Shown: positions 36,808 through 45,584 of the stretch, piece after piece
How positions within the stretch are numbered: position 1 is the stretch's first letter
How the letters are laid out: every line of letters begins with the position of its first letter
Assembly: GCA_031431925.1 (NCBI GenBank)
Contig: JANPEL010000298.1
Span: 1-58,103 of the forward strand
DNA length: 58,103 nucleotides
Source: Gemmatimonadota bacterium
GTDB taxonomy: Bacteria > Gemmatimonadota > Gemmatimonadetes > Gemmatimonadales > GWC2-71-9
Reading direction: 5' to 3'
Made by a program: the position numbers and the translations under genes
The notes under the pieces: model-generated
Seen by the model: only the letters and a program-made list of their open reading frames with translations
The model's database searches: none
What the model was told of the DNA's origin: nothing

Positions 36808-39800
36808 ATGATCGTCCCGTCGCCCGCGGCGCGTGGGGCATTCGTTGTTGCGTTGCTCGCTGCCGTTTCAGCCCGCGGTGTCTCCCAAACGCGATCCGTG
36901 ACGTTCACGACGACCGAGGGGACCTGGGTGTCGCTGGACGTCGCACCCGACGGGCAGACCATGGTCTTCGAGCTACTCGGCGATCTCTATCGGCTGCCTC
37001 GGAAGGGCGGGAAGGCGACGCCGATACTGACCGGGACGGCCTTCCAATCGCAACCGCGATTCTCGCCGGACGGCGGGTCGCTGGTGTTCGTGAGTGACGG
37101 GAGCGGGTCCGATAATGTGTGGATTGCGGCGGCCGATGGGACCAATCCGCGCCAGCTGACCAAGATCCCGCGATCGTTGGTCATGTCGCCGGTCTGGTCG
37201 CCTGATGGGCTGGCGGTGTACGCAACCGTGGTCGAGGGCCGGGAGGCCGCGGAGATCTGGCGGTTCGACGCCGCGACCGGGGCGGGTGAGAAGCTCGTCA
37301 GCAACCGCAACGGGCCGCCCTCGATGCTGGTGTCCGCGCCGGCGCCCGGTGGGTATGGGCCGTACCCGAGTGCCGACGGTCGGGCGCTCTATTATGCGAG
37401 TGTGACGCCGAGTGTGGCGCGGTGTTACGTGCGGGCCCAGAGCGTGATCCTGCGGTACGATCTGGCGACCCGCACCGACCGGGCGCTGGTCCTCGAAAAG
37501 AGTCCCGCGATGAAGCCAGTCACCTCGCCCGACGGACGGTGGCTGGCGTACGGGGCAGCGAGTCGGGGGCAGACCGGCCTTCGGGTCCGTGATCTCGCCA
37601 CTGGCGCGGAGCGGTGGCTCACATTCCCGCTCCAGCGGAATGAACTCGAGTCGCGGGCCTCCCGCGACGTGCTCCCGAACTTTGCCTTCACGCCCGACTC
37701 GCGGGCGGTGATTGCCGGGTACGGCGGGCAGCTCCATGAAATCCCGCTCGATGGAGGGCCGGTGGCGGTGATTCCATTCCGGGCCGCCGTCTCCGCGGAG
37801 CTCACTGAACCGCTTCGTTTCTCTACCCGGTTGACTGATGCCCCGGTGCGGGGCCGGATCGTCCAGCAGCCGGCGCTCGATTCGGATGGCCGGGTCGCGT
37901 TCTCGGTCCTGGCCCGGATCTACTTGGCCGATCGCGAAGGCACGGTGACGGGGCGCCTGACCACGACGGAGCATCCGCGTGAGTTCATGCCCGCGTGGTC
38001 GCCGGATGGCCGGTGGGTGGCCTTCGTCACTTGGGGCGCCGATGGCGGCCACCTCTGGAAAGCGCAGAGCGACGGGATCGGGGGACCGGTGCGTCTCTCC
38101 GAAGCCTCCGCGTTCTGGGCCGACCCGGTGTGGACGCCGAGCGGCGACAGTCTCGTGGTGCTGCGCGGCTCCACCAGTTCGAGCCACGCCGTCACCGGCG
38201 TGCCCGCCGATGCCGATCTGATGATCCTGCCCGCCGATGGAGGAAGGGGACGCCGGATCGCGGCGGCCGAGGGCGCCAGGCGGCCGCATTTCGGCACCGA
38301 CCGGCGCCGAGTCTACGCCGCGGCCGGCAACGCGCTCGTCGCCATCGAACTCGACGGCGGGAGCCGGCGGACCATGGCCGTACTGCCCCGAGCACCGGAC
38401 CTCTTTGCCGGTCCAGGTGAGCTCCGGCTGAGTCCCGATGGGACCCGGCTCGCGGCGATGTTCGATGAACGGTTGTACCACCTGCCGCTGCTGTCCCCGA
38501 ATCCGGCCCAGCCGCCGGTCGTCGAGGTGGCGAATCCGTCATCCGGCGCCGTTCTGGTTGGGGAGGGGGCACCAGCCGGCTTCACTTGGTCTCCGGATGG
38601 TGGCACGCTGGCCTGGGTCAACGGAGCTCGCCTCAGCCGGACGACGCGGGGCGCCCCCGGGCTCGGCGTCCGGGAGCACCGTCTCGTCGTCGACGTGCCG
38701 CGAACCCGGCCAACCGGAACCGTCGTCCTCCGGGGCGCCAAGATCATTACGATGCGCTCGCGCGAGATCATCGCGCCCGCCGACCTCGTGATCACGAACA
38801 ACCGGATTGCCGCGCTCGGCCCCCAGGGTTCCGTCCTTCTCCCCTCGGGCGCCCGGGTCATCAACGTGGCTGGCAAAGTGATCGTGCCGGGGTTCGTCGA
38901 TGTCCACGCCCACTTGGGCCCGCGGCATGAGTTGCTGGAGCCGGAGGGGGCATTGTCGTACGCGAACCTCGCGTTCGGGATGACGACGCTTCGGGATCCG
39001 CAGACCGGACCGGACGTCTTCGCCTACGCCGACTTGACCGAGATCGGTGAGGTCGCGGGTCCCCGGGTGTTCTCAACCGGCCCCGGCGTCTTCGCTGAGC
39101 GGAATTTCGGGTCGCTCGAGGACGCCCGGCGGTTGCTGACCCGGTATCGCGATGACTACGGGACCCACCTGATCAAGTCCTATATCGTGGGCAACCGCCA
39201 GCAACGCCAATGGATGGTCCAGGCCTGTCGCGAATTGGGACTGATGCCGACCACCGAGGGCGGCGCCGATACCAAAATGGACCTGACCCACGCGATCGAC
39301 GGGTTCAGCGGCAACGAACACTCGGTGCCGACGACGCCGATTTTCCGGGACGTGGCCGAGTTCCTTGGCCAAAGCGGCATGACCTACACGCCCACGCTGC
39401 TCGTCACCTTCGGCGGGGCCCTTCCGATCTACCGGGTGCAGCCCCGGGAAAAGGCCTACCGCAACGCGAAGCTCCAGCGGTTCGTGCCTGAGGAGGAGCT
39501 CTATCGCCGGTCGGCCGGCACCATGCTCGGCCATCCCGACGAGGACTACAATTATCGGGAGGCCTCGGCCGGCGCGAACGCGATCCAGAAAGCCGGGGGC
39601 AACGTCGCCGTCGGCGGGCACGGCGAAATGCCGGGGTTGCAGGTCCACTGGGAGATGGGCCTGCTCGCCGAGGGTGGGATGGCGCCCCACGACATCCTCC
39701 GGTCGGCAACCATCAACGGCGCCGAGGCGTTAGGTCTCGGTCGGGACCTCGGGAGCCTGGAGGTCGGCAAGCTGGCCGATCTGGTGGTGCTCGATCGCGA

Positions 39801-39936
39801 TCCGCTGGTGAACATCCGCAACACCACGTCGATCCGTTTCGTTATGAAGAACGGGGTCCTCTACGAAGGCGAGACGCTCGACCAAATCTGGCCGGCTCGG
39901 GTTCGGTTGCCCGCGCCGTGGTGGCGGCGGGAATAG
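36808..39936 (+). CDS. Secreted PD40/TolB-like propeller fused to a metal-dependent amidohydrolase domain
   Basis: 1042 aa with a signal peptide. N-terminal FSPDG/SPDG repeats. C-terminal amidohydrolase motifs: VPGFVDVHAHL, GGHGEMPG, ATINGAEALG, GKLADLVVLD. Confidence 0.85.
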   Translation: MIVPSPAARGAFVVALLAAVSARGVSQTRSVTFTTTEGTWVSLDVAPDGQTMVFELLGDLYRLPRKGGKATPILTGTAFQSQPRFSPDGGSLVFVSDGSGSDNVWIAAADGTNPRQLTKIPRSLVMSPVWSPDGLAVYATVVEGREAAEIWRFDAATGAGEKLVSNRNGPPSMLVSAPAPGGYGPYPSADGRALYYASVTPSVARCYVRAQSVILRYDLATRTDRALVLEKSPAMKPVTSPDGRWLAYGAASRGQTGLRVRDLATGAERWLTFPLQRNELESRASRDVLPNFAFTPDSRAVIAGYGGQLHEIPLDGGPVAVIPFRAAVSAELTEPLRFSTRLTDAPVRGRIVQQPALDSDGRVAFSVLARIYLADREGTVTGRLTTTEHPREFMPAWSPDGRWVAFVTWGADGGHLWKAQSDGIGGPVRLSEASAFWADPVWTPSGDSLVVLRGSTSSSHAVTGVPADADLMILPADGGRGRRIAAAEGARRPHFGTDRRRVYAAAGNALVAIELDGGSRRTMAVLPRAPDLFAGPGELRLSPDGTRLAAMFDERLYHLPLLSPNPAQPPVVEVANPSSGAVLVGEGAPAGFTWSPDGGTLAWVNGARLSRTTRGAPGLGVREHRLVVDVPRTRPTGTVVLRGAKIITMRSREIIAPADLVITNNRIAALGPQGSVLLPSGARVINVAGKVIVPGFVDVHAHLGPRHELLEPEGALSYANLAFGMTTLRDPQTGPDVFAYADLTEIGEVAGPRVFSTGPGVFAERNFGSLEDARRLLTRYRDDYGTHLIKSYIVGNRQQRQWMVQACRELGLMPTTEGGADTKMDLTHAIDGFSGNEHSVPTTPIFRDVAEFLGQSGMTYTPTLLVTFGGALPIYRVQPREKAYRNAKLQRFVPEEELYRRSAGTMLGHPDEDYNYREASAGANAIQKAGGNVAVGGHGEMPGLQVHWEMGLLAEGGMAPHDILRSATINGAEALGLGRDLGSLEVGKLADLVVLDRDPLVNIRNTTSIRFVMKNGVLYEGETLDQIWPARVRLPAPWWRRE

Positions 39937-39952
39937 GGCGCCGGGTGGTCGG

Positions 39953-40201
39953 TTAGTTTCTCGGCGGCCTCGTGGGTGCTCGGATCATGGTCAAGTACAT
40001 CGTTTCGACCTTAGCGCGGGCCCACGGGGTGCGGCGCAGGAACGCCAGGCTTGACGCCACACTCGGGTTGGTGGTGAAACAGGCGACCGTGACCTCCCGG
40101 CCCATCCGCTCCCAGCCGACCTGCTCGACGAGTTCGTCGAGCATTCGGTGGAGCGTGATCCCGTGCAACGGATTATTGGGATGGTCTTTCGGGGCGGCCA
40201 T
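39953..40201 (-). CDS. VF530/DUF2132-family small DNA-binding protein
   Basis: 82 aa. NPLHGITL..ML.ELV...GWE.MG......CF..NPS..SSL.FLR.TPWAR.KVE..YL matches the VF530 family pattern. Confidence 0.7.
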   Translation of the reverse strand: MAAPKDHPNNPLHGITLHRMLDELVEQVGWERMGREVTVACFTTNPSVASSLAFLRRTPWARAKVETMYLTMIRAPTRPPRN

Positions 40202-40219
40202 GGGCTCTGGTGATGGCCC

Positions 40220-40819
40220 CTAACGCCCGTCGGCCAACCGGCTGAGCGCGGCGAGAATCATCTCGTTGGTGGGCCGGATCTTGTAGTTGACTTCCGTGAA
40301 CTTCCACCGAACGATGCCCCGCTTGTCGATGACGTAGGTCGTCGGGTGCGGGAGGCCCTTGCTGGCCGGATTGAAGAGCCCGTAGCGGTCGATGACCCGG
40401 TGGCCCGGGTCCGACAACATCGTGTACGCCGGGGCTCGGCCGTCGGCCTTGGTAATCACATTCGCCATCATGTCGAGCTGTTCTTTGTTGTCGATCGACA
40501 GCGCGACGATTTCCGTATCACCGCGTCGGTCCGGTCCCAGCAGGTCTCTCAGCTCCCCGAGCTGACGGCCGCAATAGGGTCACCAATGCCCGCGGTAGAA
40601 GACCAAGATCACGTTCTTGGTTCCCCGGTACCCTGACAGGGTCTTCGCCGACCCGTCGCGGGCCTCCAGCGTAAAATCCGGCGCCTCGGCGCCGACGGCG
40701 ACCCGCGTCGTGTCGGTAGGCGGGTAGGTCCCCTCGTCCTTCGGTCCAAGCCGCCGGTCCTGGCCAAGGACCGGCGAGGCGAACAGCAGCCCCAGTGCCG
40801 CAACCACCGTCAAGCGCAT
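40220..40819 (-). CDS. Secreted AhpC/TSA-redoxin-fold (Prx-like thiol:disulfide oxidoreductase) protein with in-frame TGA at the active-site Cys position; candidate selenoprotein (U-P-Y-C)
   Basis: Track ORFs 40580..41455 (ends ...NVILVFYRGHW-TGA) and 40220..40471 are in the same frame. My translation across the gap has no other stop: W-[TGA 40580-40582]-PYCGRQLGELRDLLGPDRRGDTEIVALSIDNKEQLDMMANV... ATG at 40819 is preceded by GGAGGA. Signal peptide MRLTVVAALGLLFASPVLGQ. 199 codons, with the TGA as codon 80. Confidence 0.6.
40549..40565 (-). promoter_or_regulatory. SECIS-like hairpin downstream of the in-frame UGA
   Basis: mRNA reads UGA-CCCUAUUGCGGCCG-UCAGCUC-GGG-GAGCUGA. This is a perfect 7-bp stem starting 15 nt after the UGA, with a G-only apical loop 22-24 nt after it. 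The structure was not computationally folded. Confidence 0.35.
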
Positions 40820-40893
40820 CGATCCTCCATTGGTTAGGACCCTCACCGAAGGTAACCCAGCGGGTCGGCCACGACGAACCCGGGTCGCTCCTC

Positions 40894-41514
40894 TCAGGGC
40901 CGGTAGCGGGGCTCGGCCAACACCCGATCGTGCCGCCGGCTGAGTGTCAGCTGCGCCACTAAGGCCCCGATCAGCGCGAGGAACATGTCCCACTGGGTGT
41001 CCCACACATCCCCCTGGGTCCCCAGAAACGCGTCGGCCGAATCGCCGCCCAGCACGGCCGCCCACCACTCCACGAACTCGTAGCACGCGCTGAACGCGAG
41101 GCAGACCGCCGTTACCAGGACGAACAACCAGCGCCCCTGTCTGAGCGGCGAGGTCCGAAGCAGAATTTCCCGAACCAGGATCGCCGGTACGAACCCCTGG
41201 GCAAAGTGTCCGACCCGGTCGTAATGGTTCCGGGCCAACCCGAACAGATCCTGGACCCAGAAGCCGAGCGGAACTTTGGCGTAGGTGTAGTGGCCGCCGA
41301 CCATCAGGATCATCGCGTGGACCGCGAGCAACCCGTAGACCAGGGGAGTGAGCGGAAACCGCCGAGCGGTGGCAAGCAGGATCGGCGCGCCGATCAGGAC
41401 CGGGAAGATCTCGAGCCACCAAGTGGTCCGGTCGGCGGGCCGGAAGCCGGACCACGCCAGCACCAGGGTCACCCCGGCCACCAGCACCAGGGGCAACCGG
41501 TGCTGGCGCGTCAT
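40894..41514 (-). CDS. DUF2238 (YjdF-like) integral membrane protein
   Basis: 206 aa from ATG at 41514. Multi-TM, with the conserved HYTYAKVP...NHYDRVGHF motif typical of DUF2238. Confidence 0.7.
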   Translation of the reverse strand: MTRQHRLPLVLVAGVTLVLAWSGFRPADRTTWWLEIFPVLIGAPILLATARRFPLTPLVYGLLAVHAMILMVGGHYTYAKVPLGFWVQDLFGLARNHYDRVGHFAQGFVPAILVREILLRTSPLRQGRWLFVLVTAVCLAFSACYEFVEWWAAVLGGDSADAFLGTQGDVWDTQWDMFLALIGALVAQLTLSRRHDRVLAEPRYRP

Positions 41515-41516
41515 GA

Positions 41517-42080
41517 TTAGAAGAACAGGAAGCTCGGCGGCGCCATCCCGTTCTTTCGGAAATTCGCCACGGTCTGGCCGGCGGTCCACATCGTGTGCTG
41601 GTTCAGTTCATCCCAAACCTGCCACCGCGGAATCATCGTCCCGAAAAACTTGACTTGAATGTCCCGGTCCGCGTCGGTCTGATCGGCCAGCATCTGGTCG
41701 AGCGCGTCGTACCGCTCGGCAATGTACTTCTTGAGGTCGGCCCGGCTGTTGAGCACTTGGGCGGTATCGGCGTCGGCGTACGCTCGCCCCTTGAGGAACC
41801 CGTTGGCGATGAACATGTTGGCCGACACGATGTGGTGCAGCTGCTCCGAAAAGGACCGTTGTGCCGGCGTGGCCCGGTCGCGGTAGAGGCGCTCCGGCAT
41901 CGAATCAGCAAAGCTCAACAGGAGCTTTCGCTGGGCCTTGAGGGCACTTTGCTGGACGGCCCGATACTCCTTGGCCATGGCGAACTTGGCCGGCCCGGTT
42001 TCCGGGGGCTTGGGCTGGGCCATCAGGGACGAGACACTGGCCAGCAGCAGGCCGAGAGCCGGAATCGAAACGGAGCGCAT
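41517..42080 (-). CDS. Secreted DinB-superfamily protein
   Basis: 187 aa from ATG at 42080. Signal peptide MRSVSIPALGLLLASVSSLMAQ. Four-helix-bundle-like sequence with His-containing segments (EQLHHIV, LNQHTMWTAGQ) resembling the DinB/DUF664 type. Confidence 0.65.
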   Translation of the reverse strand: MRSVSIPALGLLLASVSSLMAQPKPPETGPAKFAMAKEYRAVQQSALKAQRKLLLSFADSMPERLYRDRATPAQRSFSEQLHHIVSANMFIANGFLKGRAYADADTAQVLNSRADLKKYIAERYDALDQMLADQTDADRDIQVKFFGTMIPRWQVWDELNQHTMWTAGQTVANFRKNGMAPPSFLFF

Positions 42081-42199
42081 CGGGAATCCTCGAAGAATGG
42101 ATGTCAAAGATAGTGCCGGACTGACTCCTCGGACGAAGTCGGGCCCGATGACGATCCCGTCACCGAGCCCGACTTCGGATGGCACATTGGCCAGATCGT

Positions 42200-44233
42200 T
42201 CAGGGTGTCAACGCCTCTTTCGGCGCCAACCGGGCCGCCCACAGACCGGTGTTGAAGTCGGTGAAGAGGACGTGGCCCTTCCAAGGCATCGCGTTCATGA
42301 CGAACGAGGCGTTCGGCGTGTACCCCTTCGGATCATACGGCTTGAACACCGCGATTTCCCGCCCTTGCTGGGCCAAGTTGCCCAACAACTGACCCGACAC
42401 GTCGACCAACCGGACGCCACCCTCGTAGAAGGCCTGATAGAGGATGTCGTCTTGGACGATGATGTCGTGGGAGCCGAAGTCCTCGATCTCGTATCGGCCG
42501 ACCGCCTTCGGCTTCATCGGGTCGGTAAAGTCGACGATGTGGACCAACCCCGCCGAGGTCTGGGGTACCCCACCCGGCGTCGTCATCTCGTTCCGGTAGT
42601 TGGTGCCGGCCCAGACCCGATTCGAACGGTTCATCTCTTCATCGCCGATGAACAGATAGGTCTTGCCGGTCGACGCCTGGACGTACGGGAAGATCTCGTG
42701 ACCGCTGTTGACGTCGTAGACCGTGATCAGTTTCGGCTTCTCGATCGTGCCGCCGTACTTCCCGTTGCCGACGTCCACCACCACCGTGCCGGCGCCGCCC
42801 TGCGCCGAATAGGCAATGCCGTCATGGACCCAAAGGTCGTGGAGCCGGGCGTTCGGATGCCGGTATTCGCTGACGTACTTCGGATTCTTGATGTCCCTGA
42901 CGTCGATGATGATGTACTTGGCCCCGCCCGAGACCGCGAACAAGTAGTCGTTGGTGGCGAACATATTGTGGACGCCGCCGGTGAGTTCCTGGTTGAACGT
43001 CGAGGCGATTGTCGGATGGGCCGGGTTGGCCAAGTCGAGAATCACGACGCCGTTGACCCGGTTCGAGGCGCCCTCTCGCGACAGGACCCCATAGCGGCCG
43101 TCGGGCGACACCGTGACGTCGTTGATCGTCCGGGCGTCGATCTTCACCGAATCGGTCTTGACGATGTTGTTGAGGTCGGTGATGTCATAGATGAGGCCCC
43201 AGCCGTCGCCGCCCCAGGTGCCGACGATGGCATAGTCGCGGCCGTCCTTACCGGTCCACGGCCACAGGTCGGACGTGTGGGTGTTGTTGATGTTGCCTCG
43301 GCTGGTGACCAGGATGGGCCGGCGGGCTTCCCGCGGTTTCACCTCGATGGTTCGCTCGGCAAAATTGTTCCCCGAACGGGCGATCAACGTGTAACGGCCG
43401 GGATAGTTGCCCGTGAAGAGCCCGAACTGGACAATGCCCGCCCCGCCCGGCATCCCGGAGGGGCCCACGGTGTCGGCGGGCACATAGCTGTAGGACCAGG
43501 TGATCGGGGCTTCCGGCGCCGGCCGTCCGTCGGCGCGGCGAGCGGTGGCGGTGAGTTCGACCACGTCACCGGTCCGGATCGTCGTGTCCCGAATCCCGAT
43601 GGCAATCGTGGTGACCGGATTGGACGCCACGGTGTGGGTGACGGTGGCGGACTGCCCTTCGGCATCGGCGGTAATCGTCACCGAGCCGGCGGCCACCGCC
43701 CGAACATTGCCGAACCGATCGACCGTCGCCACTCCGGCGTTCGAGGTGCGCCACGTCGGGGTGAGGCCGGGTCGCTCACTGCCATCCGGATGGGTGCCTT
43801 TGGCCGAGTGGGTCACCGTCGAACCGGTGTAGAGCCGGGTGGCGGCCGTGAGCATCTGGAGCTTGGCGATGGCCGGCCAGGTGACGGTGACGCCGATTTC
43901 GAGTTGCAGGGGCGCGCACTCGGCGCCGCCGCAAGCGCCGGGTCGCTCGGCCACCGCCACCAGCGTGTGCTTCCCGGCTTGGAACGCGTGAACCATTCCG
44001 TCGCTATACGCCACCGCCCGGCGGCCGGCAAAAACCCGGATCGTGGCGTCGCGGACTTCGCGGCCTTGGGCGTCGAGCGCTTTGACCACCACCCGCGCCG
44101 AGTCGCCGGCCCGCAGGGTGAGGGCAGCGGGCTCGGCCACCAACTTGGCCACCGGGCCGGTCTGGGCCGCGAGTGGCAGGACGACGAGCAGGGTCGCCAG
44201 AATGGCGCGGCTGAACGAACGGATTAGCTTCAT
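42200..44233 (-). CDS. Secreted protein with N-terminal bacterial Ig-like (Big_2) domains and a C-terminal LVIVD-repeat beta-propeller
   Basis: 677 aa with a signal peptide. Three Ig-like segments (L.L..G.S..V...A.D..G). Later LVIVD-type repeats: GVVILDLANPAHP, YIIIDVRDIKNPK, GVRLVDVSG. Confidence 0.7.
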   Translation of the reverse strand: MKLIRSFSRAILATLLVVLPLAAQTGPVAKLVAEPAALTLRAGDSARVVVKALDAQGREVRDATIRVFAGRRAVAYSDGMVHAFQAGKHTLVAVAERPGACGGAECAPLQLEIGVTVTWPAIAKLQMLTAATRLYTGSTVTHSAKGTHPDGSERPGLTPTWRTSNAGVATVDRFGNVRAVAAGSVTITADAEGQSATVTHTVASNPVTTIAIGIRDTTIRTGDVVELTATARRADGRPAPEAPITWSYSYVPADTVGPSGMPGGAGIVQFGLFTGNYPGRYTLIARSGNNFAERTIEVKPREARRPILVTSRGNINNTHTSDLWPWTGKDGRDYAIVGTWGGDGWGLIYDITDLNNIVKTDSVKIDARTINDVTVSPDGRYGVLSREGASNRVNGVVILDLANPAHPTIASTFNQELTGGVHNMFATNDYLFAVSGGAKYIIIDVRDIKNPKYVSEYRHPNARLHDLWVHDGIAYSAQGGAGTVVVDVGNGKYGGTIEKPKLITVYDVNSGHEIFPYVQASTGKTYLFIGDEEMNRSNRVWAGTNYRNEMTTPGGVPQTSAGLVHIVDFTDPMKPKAVGRYEIEDFGSHDIIVQDDILYQAFYEGGVRLVDVSGQLLGNLAQQGREIAVFKPYDPKGYTPNASFVMNAMPWKGHVLFTDFNTGLWAARLAPKEALTP

Positions 44234-44291
44234 TGGAGCAGGTCCCCGGGCGAGAAATCGATGTTCAAGCGGTCACTGGATCTATGGAACG

Positions 44292-45503
44292 ATGCTGATG
44301 AATAGCTTCATGCGCAAGGCGACCCTGGTCGCGGCGGTATCCGGCCCTGGTGTTTTGGCGGCTCAGACGCCGGCGCCGGCCGCCCCCACCGCCAACTATT
44401 GGGTCTACGTGGGCGCCGAATCGGCCGACGCGATCTACCGGATTCGGTTTGGACCCGGGGGGACGACGGTCGAAAAAACCATCGCGATCGGCGAGCTGGC
44501 GGCCGAGATGGAAGGGCCTCACGGGCTGGTGATCTCCCATGACGGCAAGTATCTCCACATGACGACCGGCCACGGGTTTCCGGACGGCAAATACTGGCGG
44601 TATGTGTTAGGCCCCGACACCCTGATGGGGCCAGGTACCCTGCTCGGGAACTTCCCGGCATCGATCGACATCTCCCCCGACGGCCTCTACGCCATCTCGG
44701 CCAATTTCAACCTCCATGGTGACATGGTGCCGTCGTCCCAGTCGGTGATCTATACCCCGACCCAGACCGAGGTGGCCCGGGTGGTGACCTGCACCATGCC
44801 GCACGGGAGCCGGATCGATCCGAGCGGGCGGTTTCACTACTCCGGCTGCATGATGGACGACCAGCTGGTCGAGATCGATACTCGGACCTTTACCGTGGCG
44901 CGCCGGTTTTCGCTGGCCAAGGGTGCCGAGCGGCCGCTCGACAAGGCGGACCGGGGTGAAATGGGGGCCCACCTTCAAACCGCCGCCGTGCCCGGCAAAC
45001 CGGCCGTTGACCCCGCCGACGTCGGTTACCAGGGCATGCGCCACCAGATGAAGCCGAATTCGTGCTCTCCGACCTGGGCCCAACCGTCGGCGGACGGCAA
45101 GAAGGTCTACGTCGCCTGCAACAAGAGCGATGAGATTCTCGAGATCGACCGCGACGGGTGGGCCGTGTCCCGCCGGTTTCCGACCGGTCGGGGGGTGTAC
45201 AATCTCGCGGTGACGCCGAACGGGAAGCTTCTCGTAGCGACGCTGAAGCAGGGCAGTGGGGTCCAGGTATTCGACCTCGGTACCGGCACCAGTGTCGCCC
45301 AATTCAAGAGTTCGACCACCGTGAGCCACGGCGTGGCGCTCAGCTCAGATTCCCGGTATGCGTTCGTGAGCAGCGAGGGGGTCGGGGCGGCTCCGGGGAA
45401 GGTCGATATTTACGATTTGGCCGCACTCACCAAGGTCGGAACCGTGGACGTTGGTCAGCAGGCCAGCGGGATCGCGTTCTGGAAGTTGGAGCCGGCCCAC
45501 TAG
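44292..45503 (+). CDS. Secreted YVTN/YncE-like beta-propeller protein
   Basis: About 403 aa. The start is uncertain: in-frame ATGs at 44292, 44298 and 44310. Signal peptide MRKATLVAAVSGPGVLAAQ. Repeated PHG....DG...Y....G motifs. Confidence 0.7.
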   Translation: MLMNSFMRKATLVAAVSGPGVLAAQTPAPAAPTANYWVYVGAESADAIYRIRFGPGGTTVEKTIAIGELAAEMEGPHGLVISHDGKYLHMTTGHGFPDGKYWRYVLGPDTLMGPGTLLGNFPASIDISPDGLYAISANFNLHGDMVPSSQSVIYTPTQTEVARVVTCTMPHGSRIDPSGRFHYSGCMMDDQLVEIDTRTFTVARRFSLAKGAERPLDKADRGEMGAHLQTAAVPGKPAVDPADVGYQGMRHQMKPNSCSPTWAQPSADGKKVYVACNKSDEILEIDRDGWAVSRRFPTGRGVYNLAVTPNGKLLVATLKQGSGVQVFDLGTGTSVAQFKSSTTVSHGVALSSDSRYAFVSSEGVGAAPGKVDIYDLAALTKVGTVDVGQQASGIAFWKLEPAH

Positions 45504-45559
45504 ACATTCTCATCATGTAATGATGCGAATATATTGCCTTTCTCTTCGTCGAGAGGTAC

Positions 45560-45584
45560 ATTGTCCTCATAAAGTGAGGACAAT
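45560..45584. promoter_or_regulatory. 10-bp perfect inverted repeat overlapping the fic ribosome-binding site
   Basis: ATTGTCCTCA-taaag-TGAGGACAAT. The right arm contains the GAGGA SD and ends 1 nt before the fic ATG (45585). It lies in an unusually AT-rich ~80-nt spacer. Confidence 0.4.

Noticed and set aside
40220-40819. Reading the split redoxin as a frameshifted pseudogene
   Set aside because: There is no frame change. The two halves are in the same frame, separated only by one TGA at the catalytic Cys position, and the downstream half is intact. A plain nonsense mutation or base-call error remains possible and is listed under what would refute the selenoprotein call.
40580-41455. 291-aa track ORF taken at face value
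   Set aside because: Its N-terminal ~210 codons overlap the DUF2238 gene in another frame and are Arg/Pro-rich. The real start is the ATG at 40819, which has a GGAGGA SD and a signal peptide.
42179-44227. 682-aa plus-strand ORF. Similar long antisense ORFs: 52338..54386, 33038..34651, 9240..10817, 36973..38481, 48421..49884, 55215..56603, 739..2013
   Set aside because: All lie opposite genes with strong recognisable homology. They are low-complexity R/G/P/D-rich and have no recognisable motifs. Long stop-free antisense frames are expected at this GC content.
45511-45525. CATCAT-gta-ATGATG as a terminator for the propeller gene
   Set aside because: It has only a 6-bp AT-rich stem with a 3-nt loop and no U-tract, which is too weak to call a terminator. 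It is mentioned only as part of the unusual fic upstream spacer.
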